64,000 bases of DNA from Planctomycetota bacterium. GTDB lineage: Bacteria > Planctomycetota > UBA8742 > UBA2392. The DNA lies in NCBI GenBank assembly GCA_025993795.1, contig JAMQHL010000012.1, forward strand, positions 115,382-179,381. Direction: 5' to 3'. Below, in pieces: positions 26,626 to 34,588 of the stretch. Both the position numbers and the translations under genes were made by a program. How positions within the stretch are numbered: position 1 is the stretch's first letter; every line of letters starts with the position of its first letter. The notes beneath the pieces are model-generated. The model searched no databases and was not told the origin of the DNA. It was given only the letters and a program-made list of their open reading frames with translations.

Positions 26626-27036
26626 ATGATGAACGCACTCAAAGGCTGCCTGCGCCACGCGCGCCTGCTGCCCGTTGCGGCGCTGGCCGGTGTGCTGCTG
26701 CTGCTGGCATTCGACACTGCTGCATTCTGGGGCTGGCACCTGCGTCCGCTTGCCAGTGTCGACGGCATGGAAATCGCCGTTTGGGCGGTGCTGTGGGGCA
26801 CGGCATTGGCCCCGGCGCTACGCTGGATGGTGCTGCGCGAATCCCGAATGCGCTTTCAGGTTGCGGCTGCACTGGGCGTGATGATTGCCTTCTCTGTGCT
26901 GCACCCGTGGCACAACGGGTATGCCGTGCCTGCCGAGATGCCGATCCGCGCTGCCGGGGACCGCACCGTACCACCGGATGCCGTTGTGAAGTTCGAGGGT
27001 GGCCCGCTGACGCCGGCATCGCCTGAGCGCTGGTAA
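26626..27036 (+). CDS. Hypothetical membrane protein
   Basis: Three hydrophobic segments are present. The start was moved to MMNALK at 26626. No family was recognised. Confidence 0.4.
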   Translation: MMNALKGCLRHARLLPVAALAGVLLLLAFDTAAFWGWHLRPLASVDGMEIAVWAVLWGTALAPALRWMVLRESRMRFQVAAALGVMIAFSVLHPWHNGYAVPAEMPIRAAGDRTVPPDAVVKFEGGPLTPASPERW

Positions 27037-27042
27037 AGTGCG

Positions 27043-28599
27043 CTAGTCCTTGGCGACGGCGCCGGTCTTGTCGGGCGTTGGGACGACGGGGCGCGCGTGG
27101 TCGTGCTGAAGCTCTTTCACGCTGTCCTGCGCCGCGTCGTAGAAGCCCTGCGGAAAGATGCCCAGGAAAACGGTGCCAAGCACCGTGAGGCTGAGGGCGA
27201 ACTTGAGGCCCCAGTCTTCTTTGCCGGCAACCGGCCGGTCGTCGGGGTCGCGGAAGTAGGTATAGGCAATCACGCGCAGATAGTAGTACGCGCCCATGAT
27301 GCTGGTGCAGATGCCAATGATCGCCAGTGTCAGATAGCGCCCGCCGGCCGCGATTGTCTGTGAAAAGATGAAGTACTTGCCCATGAACCCCGCCGTCAGC
27401 GGAATGCCAGCCAGCGAGAACATGAAAATCGCCATGCCGATGCCGACCGCGGGCTTCTTCCAGGCCAGGCCGCGCAGGTCGTCGATGCTTTCCACGTCGC
27501 GCCCGCCGCTGCTGGCGTACACCAGCATCGCAAACGCGCCGCTGGTCATCAGCGTATAGGCCAGCAGGTAGTACAGCACACCCGCGTAGACTTCGCTGTT
27601 GCCGCCCGCCGCCGCCAGGCCCATCAGCAGATAACCGCTGTGGGCAATGCTGCTGTAGGCCAGCATGCGCTTGACGTTGCGCTGGCTGATCGCGAACCAG
27701 TTACCCAGGATCATGCTCAGCGCCGACAGCAGCCACAGCGCATAGCCGGCAAATCCGAGGTCACCGAAGAAGCCTTCCGCTGCTGCAGTGGCCGGGAATG
27801 CCACGACCGCAAGCCGGATCAACGCGCCGAAGGCCGCAGCCTTTACCGCGACAGCCATGAACCCGGTCACGGTCGTTGGCGCGCCTTCATAGGCGTCCGG
27901 TACCCAGCTATGGAACGGCACAGCACCGACTTTGAAGGCAAAGGCGATCAGGATCGCGCCCATGCCGAAGGTGGCCATGATCTCGGTGCCGTTATGCGCC
28001 GCGAAAATCGCGGCAAGCTTTTCGCCGATCGGCTTAAGCTGCACTTCGCCGGTTACGCCATACAGGCAGGCCATGCCGAGAATCATGATGCCGGTGGCGA
28101 ACGCACCCATGATGAAGTACTTCATCGCGGCTTCGGCGCTGCGGCTGCTGCGGCCGTGCAGGCCTGTCAGCACGTACACACTGAAGCTGAGCAGCTCAAT
28201 CGACAGGAACAGCATGATCAGGTCGTTGCTGACTGTCAGCAGGACCATGCCGGAAGCCGCCAGCAGCAGCGTAATCAGAAAGTCAGCAAGATTCACGCCG
28301 ATGCGCTTGACGTAGCTGAGGCTGGCGAACATCGAAATTGCGGTGCCGATCAGGATGCAGATGATCAGGAATGCGCTGAACTGGTCGACCAGCAATGCTC
28401 CGCGCATGATCGTCTGCGGTGGCGCATCCCAGTATGGGTTCAACGACACAAACGCGAGCAGCACGCCGCCCAGCGCCGTGAAGAAGTTGAACATGCGGGT
28501 CTTGTCGGGATCGTCGCCGAACAGGTCGATCAGCATGACGATGGCCGCTGCGAGCAGCAGCCAAACCACCGGCAGGAAAATGTCGAAATCACCAATCAA
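27043..28599 (-). CDS. nuoN: NADH-quinone oxidoreductase subunit N-like antiporter-type membrane subunit
   Basis: The protein is 518 aa and polytopic. Its NuoN/ND2-type pattern includes FHSWVPDAYEGAPT, MLAYSSIAHSGYLL and LSLAGIPLTAGFMGKYF. Confidence 0.85.
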   Translation of the reverse strand: MIGDFDIFLPVVWLLLAAAIVMLIDLFGDDPDKTRMFNFFTALGGVLLAFVSLNPYWDAPPQTIMRGALLVDQFSAFLIICILIGTAISMFASLSYVKRIGVNLADFLITLLLAASGMVLLTVSNDLIMLFLSIELLSFSVYVLTGLHGRSSRSAEAAMKYFIMGAFATGIMILGMACLYGVTGEVQLKPIGEKLAAIFAAHNGTEIMATFGMGAILIAFAFKVGAVPFHSWVPDAYEGAPTTVTGFMAVAVKAAAFGALIRLAVVAFPATAAAEGFFGDLGFAGYALWLLSALSMILGNWFAISQRNVKRMLAYSSIAHSGYLLMGLAAAGGNSEVYAGVLYYLLAYTLMTSGAFAMLVYASSGGRDVESIDDLRGLAWKKPAVGIGMAIFMFSLAGIPLTAGFMGKYFIFSQTIAAGGRYLTLAIIGICTSIMGAYYYLRVIAYTYFRDPDDRPVAGKEDWGLKFALSLTVLGTVFLGIFPQGFYDAAQDSVKELQHDHARPVVPTPDKTGAVAKD

Positions 28600-28677
28600 G
28601 TTCAGCCCCTATGGGGCGCGAATCATGCCTTGGCAGAGGTGGTGGCGCAACAGTCCGAATCGGGGCCGGACCGGCGG

Positions 28678-29031
28678 TCAGCGAATGGTCGCAAAGCGGG
28701 GGTCCGGCGCAACTCCCAGCTCGTTCAGACGCTCTTTCTGGCTGCGATTCAGCATACCGCGCTTGGCTTTGCAGCGCTTTCCGTAGCGCAATTTGCGGCG
28801 CTGGTCCTTCACCCACCAAGCCAGTGACTCCTCTTCTTGCGACTGCGGAGTGTGGCGGGACGGGTGGCGACCAAACTCACTGATGAACTCGACCAGTTGC
28901 CTGTAGCGCGAGGCCCAATCTCTGGGTGGCGGGACCTGTGCTTTCGGCTGTTGCCGAGGGCGTTCTTTCATCGACTTCGCCATCGTTCCGGCTTCCGGAA
29001 TCTCCCTGTGCGCCGCCGGGTTCAGACTCAT
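28678..29031 (-). CDS. Small basic protein consisting of a helicase-associated (HA) domain
   Basis: WASRYRQLVEFISEFGRHPS...SLAWWVKDQRRKLRYG...MLNRSQKERLNELG follows the HA-domain pattern (W..L..F....G..P....LG.WV..QR....L...R...L..LG). Its ATG overlaps the upstream stop (GGATGA). An alternative start lies at 28983. Confidence 0.6.
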   Translation of the reverse strand: MSLNPAAHREIPEAGTMAKSMKERPRQQPKAQVPPPRDWASRYRQLVEFISEFGRHPSRHTPQSQEEESLAWWVKDQRRKLRYGKRCKAKRGMLNRSQKERLNELGVAPDPRFATIR

Positions 29032-32000
29032 CCGGCGCTGGGCACAGTCACTGTGATCTTGCGCTTCTCGGTGAACTGGCCAAACCACTCTTTGCCGTCC
29101 TGCACCATGCGCCACTGCATGTCGTAGTTGCCCGCCGTGGCAGGCGCCGTCACCGTGAACTGGAAGCTGTAGGTTTCGCCCGGCCGGACCTCGACGCCTG
29201 CGGCAATGCCGACCCGCCCCATGCCCCAAGTCTGGTTGTCCTGCGGGGATTGGCTGCCAAGGCGCCATGGCTTGTTGCCCGCGGATGTCCACGTGGTGTC
29301 TCCGCGGTTCTTGACGACGACTTCGACGATGTACTGTTCGCCGCCCGTCATGCTGCTGGACACGGACATGCTGACCATCTGGGCATAGTTGCCCTGGATA
29401 TCCTCGCGCACTGGCACGGGCAGGATTGTGTCAAGAGTGCCAGCCGGCACCGGGTTGCCTTCGGTGTTGAAGCTCTCGTGGCTGCTGGTCTTGGGCACGT
29501 AGAAGCAGTAGTTGCCGGTGGGTACTTTGAAATTGAACCGGCCGTCGCCACTGACCTGCATCTGGAAGAAGTTGCCGTCGCGGCCCTCGGTGCCGGTGGT
29601 GGTGATGTGTGCGCGCACAATGCTGCCGCCCAGGGCCTGGCTGTTCTCAGAATCTACCACGACGCCGGTCAGGTCGTAGGCGGGCTCAAGTTCGATGCTG
29701 AACTCGCGCTCCGGCACCTCTTTCAGGTTGTTGAAGTTGGTGAACGCGACTTGATTGCCCCAGTAAGCGACGATCTGGTAATTCCGGACCCAGTGAAAGT
29801 TGATGTACTTTTCACCGGTGGCGTCCGTGGTGCCAATGTCGAAGTGCCGCTTGTAGCCGTCGGGGTCGTCGCCTTCTGCGTCGTTGCGGTAGATATGCAC
29901 ATGCGCGCCCGCCTGCGGGCTGCCGTTGTTCGTGACGATGATGCGGATCTCGTTGGCGCTGACCAGCGTCATGTCGAGCGGCGCCGGGTCCGTGCTTTCA
30001 ATATTGACCACCTTGGCTTCCTGGTAGTAGCTGGTCTTGAAAGCCGTAATCGTGTACTCGCCCGCCTTGAGTTGCCCGAACTCGAAGTAGCCGTAGATGT
30101 CCGTCGTGGCAGTCATCTGCCACGGGTTGTTCTTGTCCTTGCTGAGCCCGACACTCTCGAGCCCGTTGCCCTGGCTGTCTTTGACTGTGCCCTTGATGAT
30201 GAAGGCGCGCTCAAGCACCAACTCGATTGTGCCGCCATCCTGGACCCCTGCCAGTGCGTCGCTGGTCAACTTGGCCTCGAAGAACCGGTTGTGTACGAAC
30301 GTCGCTTCATAACTCACGCCGTTGACCAGGCTGAGCGGCATGCTCGCTTTGCCCTCAGGCAGGTTCAGCGCCAGCACCTGTGTCTTGGGGGCCTCAACCC
30401 CCTCAGGCGGCTCGCCATAAACCGGCTTGATCGTTACCTGCACGCCGGTTGCCGGTTCGTTGGGGCTGGTGGTGATGTTGACCGTAATCTTGCGATCGAT
30501 GCGCGCGTCAAAGGGCTTTACGTCAAAGTCTACGGCTACGCTGTCGGCAAGCTTCAGATTCACATCGCGTTCTGTCGGAAGATAGTAGTAGGTCTTGCCG
30601 TCAGTCGTGAACACCGGCAGTTGCCGCAGCATCTCGTCGGCAATCGGGAACTGGTTGACGATCTTTACCTTGTGCTTGCCGTCGGCGATGCCGCCAAGGC
30701 TGTAAGCGCCATCGCCATCGGTGGCGCCGGCGGCTTTGCCGTCCAGGGCCAGCGTCACGCTGGCGATGCCCACACCAGCCGCATGCACGCGGCCGGTAAC
30801 GCTGGCGCCGGTGATCAGCGTCAATGTTACGGGGCCGGCGTTGCTGCGCGGGGCGACCCTGACCGAGCTGTTTGCGCTGTAAAGCTCTGCCAGGTGCGCG
30901 GACACCTGGACGTCGCCGTTACTGAACCCGCCGAACCGGAACTCACCTCTTTCATTGCTCAACACGGAGTCCCATGGGTAGCGATTGGGTCCCTCGACGT
31001 ACGTACAGCGTACGGTCGCGCCTACGACCTTCTCGCCGCGGTCGTTCACGACAACGCCGGTGAGCGTGCCCTCAAGGTCCAGGTTGACCTTCACGTTGTG
31101 GTCGTTGGCCAGGACTTTCTCGTCCTTGGGCGCATAGCCCTTGGCCGTAAAGCGCAGGTTTACGTCGTTGCGGAAGATGCGGTCCGTGACCATGTCGATT
31201 GTGAACTTGCCCGCTGCGTCAGTCAGCACACGCAGGCCGTCATCTTTGGCCCATACCTCGGCGCCTTCGACTGGCTTGTTGCCCGTATCGGCGACCACGC
31301 CGCTGATGCCCTTGGCGGCTTCGAGCAGGATGCTGACCTCACGCTTGTCCTCGCGGAAGTTGAAGACGCGCGACTTGTAAGGCGCGTACCCGTTGAGCTG
31401 CACCTCGAACACGTACAGATAGGTATCAGCCAGCTTGATCGCAAACTCGCCCAGGCCGTCCGCGCTGATCTTGAAGCGGTTGACCGGCGCGGATGTGTCG
31501 CCCTGCTGGTTGGTCTGCAGGATCTCGACCTTGGCGTAACTGATGATACCGCCGCGTTTTTCACGCACCTTGCCGGTGATTCGCACAGCCGGCATCAGCT
31601 TGAAGGTGGACTCGGCCCCCTTCTTCAGGTCGGGGATTGCCAGGGGCTCAAACACGTCGGCGTACCCGAGGGCAGTGATCAGCACGCTGGTCTGTTTTTC
31701 GCTGCTTGCGGCTTGCCGGGCAATCAGTTCGGCGAGTTCCTTTTCGCTCCAGACCGCGACGCCGTGACGATTGGTGCGCTTGACCATGGCCTCGAGCCTG
31801 TCGCTGATGCTGACTTCGCCCGCCTGTGTTTCGAGGCGCGTGCCCAGTAACGGAAAGTAGACGGTCGTGCCCGGCAGCGGGCGTTCGTCTTCGCGTTTGA
31901 CGACGCGCACGATCAGATGTCCGGGAACGACTTCGTTAATTTCGTCAGGGTTGACGGGCGGCGTGGCCGGCAGATCATCCGGCGTCGCTGGTCCTGTGCC

Positions 32001-32285
32001 TTCAGCGCCCGCGCCATTCCTGCTCGCCTTTGCGCGCTTTCCATCCGGGTCGTCGGGGTCAAAAGCGTCGCTGTCGCGGCGGTTGATGTCCCAAGCGCTG
32101 TCTTTCCCGTCGCGGTCTTTGCGAGCTTTGGCGTCAGGGGCCTCGCCTTGTCGGTCAGAAACCCTGCTGCCGCGGGCTGTGCCGGCATTGGGGCCAGAAT
32201 CCTGAAGCAGCAGATAGCCGCCAACCATGGCTATCAGCACAATGGCACCCAGAATGGTGACCAAAACGCCGGAACTGCTCTTCAT
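29028..32285 (-). CDS. Giant N-terminally anchored surface protein with many CarboxypepD_reg-like repeats and a C-terminal NBR1-type Ig-like domain
   Basis: The TM anchor is VLVTILGAIVLIAMVGGYLLL. Repeats of the type GVVVDSENSQALGGSIV, GTVKDSQGNGLESV and GVVADTGNKPVEGAEVWA recur. The C-terminus ...RPGETYSFQFTVTAPATAGNYDMQWRMVQDGKEWFGQ is NBR1-like. Confidence 0.8.
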   Translation of the reverse strand: MKSSSGVLVTILGAIVLIAMVGGYLLLQDSGPNAGTARGSRVSDRQGEAPDAKARKDRDGKDSAWDINRRDSDAFDPDDPDGKRAKASRNGAGAEGTGPATPDDLPATPPVNPDEINEVVPGHLIVRVVKREDERPLPGTTVYFPLLGTRLETQAGEVSISDRLEAMVKRTNRHGVAVWSEKELAELIARQAASSEKQTSVLITALGYADVFEPLAIPDLKKGAESTFKLMPAVRITGKVREKRGGIISYAKVEILQTNQQGDTSAPVNRFKISADGLGEFAIKLADTYLYVFEVQLNGYAPYKSRVFNFREDKREVSILLEAAKGISGVVADTGNKPVEGAEVWAKDDGLRVLTDAAGKFTIDMVTDRIFRNDVNLRFTAKGYAPKDEKVLANDHNVKVNLDLEGTLTGVVVNDRGEKVVGATVRCTYVEGPNRYPWDSVLSNERGEFRFGGFSNGDVQVSAHLAELYSANSSVRVAPRSNAGPVTLTLITGASVTGRVHAAGVGIASVTLALDGKAAGATDGDGAYSLGGIADGKHKVKIVNQFPIADEMLRQLPVFTTDGKTYYYLPTERDVNLKLADSVAVDFDVKPFDARIDRKITVNITTSPNEPATGVQVTIKPVYGEPPEGVEAPKTQVLALNLPEGKASMPLSLVNGVSYEATFVHNRFFEAKLTSDALAGVQDGGTIELVLERAFIIKGTVKDSQGNGLESVGLSKDKNNPWQMTATTDIYGYFEFGQLKAGEYTITAFKTSYYQEAKVVNIESTDPAPLDMTLVSANEIRIIVTNNGSPQAGAHVHIYRNDAEGDDPDGYKRHFDIGTTDATGEKYINFHWVRNYQIVAYWGNQVAFTNFNNLKEVPEREFSIELEPAYDLTGVVVDSENSQALGGSIVRAHITTTGTEGRDGNFFQMQVSGDGRFNFKVPTGNYCFYVPKTSSHESFNTEGNPVPAGTLDTILPVPVREDIQGNYAQMVSMSVSSSMTGGEQYIVEVVVKNRGDTTWTSAGNKPWRLGSQSPQDNQTWGMGRVGIAAGVEVRPGETYSFQFTVTAPATAGNYDMQWRMVQDGKEWFGQFTEKRKITVTVPSAG

Positions 32286-32547
32286 CCGCCCGCCCCCGAC
32301 CGCCAGCTTGAATAGTGTACCCCTTCATTAACGGACAGCAACGCGTTCTTCCTGTAACAAATATTGTCGACAGCGCTTCAGAAGTGCGGCCATGGGCCAT
32401 GCGGCTACGGCGACCCGTTGCCAGACTGCTCGTCTCTTGCGTGTGGAAAACCCACCGCTATGATTCGCCGCTCGAATTGGCGGCTGCGGGTATCCCTGCA
32501 CAAGGCACGGGCCCGTCGCGACGGCACCGAAGCAAGTGAGACGAAAC

Positions 32548-32889
32548 ATGAAAGACGGCATCCATCCGAAGCACAAATACACGAAAGTGAGCTGCACCTG
32601 CGGCAACAAGTTTGAAATCCTTACGCGCCATGAAAAGCTAAGCGTGGACATCTGCAGCGCATGCCACCCCTTCTATACCGGGACGCAGAAGTTCATTGAC
32701 AGTGCCGGCCGCGTGGATGCATTCACCAAGCGCTTCCAGTGGGACCAGACACAGGCAGCGAAGCAGGCCGAAAAGGCGGTCAAGGCGCCGACCCGCAAGA
32801 TCACCAAGGACCTCAAGACCGAGCTGGAAAAGAAGAAGGTCTTCGGCAAGAAGAAGATCATCCCGCAGCCCGGCGATAAGGGCGAATAG
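32548..32889 (+). CDS. rpmE: 50S ribosomal protein L31 (zinc-binding type) with a ~45-aa Lys-rich C-terminal extension
   Basis: The sequence is MKDGIHPKHKYTKVSCTCGNKFEI...DICSACHPFYTGTQK, followed by a KxxK-rich tail. Confidence 0.9.
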   Translation: MKDGIHPKHKYTKVSCTCGNKFEILTRHEKLSVDICSACHPFYTGTQKFIDSAGRVDAFTKRFQWDQTQAAKQAEKAVKAPTRKITKDLKTELEKKKVFGKKKIIPQPGDKGE

Positions 32890-32985
32890 CGCAGCGAAGT
32901 CGCACGCCGGCGTGGGGCTCTGCCTCGCGCCGGTTGTTATTCTCAAGACTGACCCGGCCCCGTACCGACTTGCTAGACTGTACCC

Positions 32986-34065
32986 ATGCTTGACGTGCTG
33001 AAACAACGCGCTGACCGCTACCGCGATCTCGGCAAACAGATCGAAGACCCCGCCGTGTACGGGAACAACAAGCTATTTGCCGAATACCAGCGCGAACGCG
33101 GCATGCTGCGCGAGCAAGCCGAGGCCTACGCGGCCATCATCGCCCTTCAGGCACAGATCGCGGGCAGCGAAGAGATCTTGAAAGATCCTGCCGCCGACAG
33201 CGAAATGAAAGAGCTGGCAGAGGCGGAACTGGGCGAACTGAAAGAGCGCTACGACCGGCTGTATGCGCAAGCCCAGGACATGATCCTGCTCGACGACGAA
33301 GACGACGCGCGCGACGTGATTCTGGAAATCCGGGGTGCCGAAGGCGGCGACGAAGCCACCCTGTTCGCCCGTGAACTGATCGAGAACTACGCCCGCTGGT
33401 GTGCGCACCGGGGGTTCAAACTTGAGGTGCTGGACGAAGTCGAGTCCGAAGCAGGCGGCTTGAAGAACGGCACGTACCGCATCAAGGGCGACCAGGTCTG
33501 GAAGGCCTTCAAGTACGAAGGCGGCGGCCATCGTGTGCAGCGCGTGCCGGTCACCGAGACCCAGGGGCGCATCCATACCAGCCTGGCGACCGTGGCAGTG
33601 CTGCCTGAGATGGAAGACGTGAAGATCGAAATCAAGGAGAGCGACCTTGACGTGACAGCCGCGCGCAGTGGCGGCCCGGGCGGCCAAAACGTGAACAAGA
33701 CCAGCTCGCGTTGCCAGATGCGGCACCTGCCCTCGGGACTGTTCGTGGACTGTCAGGCGACGCCCAGCTTTCACAAGAACCGCGACGAAGCACTGCGGAT
33801 TTTGAAGTCAAAGCTGTACCAGATGGAAAAGGAAAAGCGCGACCGTGAGCAGGCGGCCAAGCGCGGCGTGCAGGTCGGCAGTGGCGGCCGCGGAGACAAG
33901 ATTCGCACGTATAACTTCCCGCAGGACCGCTGCACCGACCACCGCAGCAAAGAGAGTTTCCCGTTGCAGAAAGTCATGGCTGGCGACATCGACCCGCTGA
34001 TCGAGTCATGCCGCAAGTGGGAAAAGGAAGAAAAGCTCAAAGCGCTTTCGGCTCAGACTGCATGA
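32986..34065 (+). CDS. prfA: Peptide chain release factor 1
   Basis: The GGQ motif is SGGPGGQNVNKTSS. The tripeptide anticodon-type motif PVT lies in VQRVPVTETQGRIHTS. There is no internal frameshift. Confidence 0.95.
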   Translation: MLDVLKQRADRYRDLGKQIEDPAVYGNNKLFAEYQRERGMLREQAEAYAAIIALQAQIAGSEEILKDPAADSEMKELAEAELGELKERYDRLYAQAQDMILLDDEDDARDVILEIRGAEGGDEATLFARELIENYARWCAHRGFKLEVLDEVESEAGGLKNGTYRIKGDQVWKAFKYEGGGHRVQRVPVTETQGRIHTSLATVAVLPEMEDVKIEIKESDLDVTAARSGGPGGQNVNKTSSRCQMRHLPSGLFVDCQATPSFHKNRDEALRILKSKLYQMEKEKRDREQAAKRGVQVGSGGRGDKIRTYNFPQDRCTDHRSKESFPLQKVMAGDIDPLIESCRKWEKEEKLKALSAQTA

Positions 34066-34166
34066 ATGGGCTGATTGGCGCCCCCGAAAAACGCCCGATT
34101 TCGGCCCTGTTTTCCGCTATCGAAACTTCGTAAACTTCGCACACAACTCATAACCAAGGGGCGGAC

Positions 34167-34523
34167 ATGGCAGGCTATCCTCCACAGCAGGGCGGGCAAC
34201 CGCAGGGCGCTTATCCTCAGCAGCCGCAGGGCGGTTATCCGCAACAGGGCGGCTATCAGCAGCAGCAGCCCTATGGGCAACCCGGTTATCCACCGCAGGG
34301 CTACGGCCCGCCGCCGGCACAGGGTGTTCCAGGCCTGGTCATTGCGGGAGCGATCTTGGCGCTCGTTCCGATCTGCCCCCTTATCGGGGTCATTCTGGCG
34401 GCAGTCGGACTTGGCGAAGCCAAGCGCCGCAACGCCGGCGTGGGCCTTGCAAAGGCGTCGATTATTGTCGGTATCATCTGGATCGTGCTGAGCATCGGCT
34501 TGAACATTGCCGTCCGGATGTAG
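34167..34523 (+). CDS. DUF4190-like small membrane protein with a Gln/Pro/Gly/Tyr-rich N-terminus
   Basis: The N-terminus has GYPQQ-type repeats. Two TM helices follow (LVIAGAILALVPICPLIGVILAAVGL and IIVGIIWIVLSIGL), as in the DUF4190 layout. Confidence 0.55.
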   Translation: MAGYPPQQGGQPQGAYPQQPQGGYPQQGGYQQQQPYGQPGYPPQGYGPPPAQGVPGLVIAGAILALVPICPLIGVILAAVGLGEAKRRNAGVGLAKASIIVGIIWIVLSIGLNIAVRM

Positions 34524-34588
34524 TCCTCTGGTTGGTCAAAGGACAAAGGGGCGGCGCCACAGCGCTGCCCCTCTTCTTGCCCGCGCGC

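Noticed and set aside
32986-34065. A programmed +1 frameshift was considered for the release factor gene.
   Set aside because: The protein is RF1 (PVT motif) and is encoded in one uninterrupted frame. The frameshift is a feature of prfB, not prfA.
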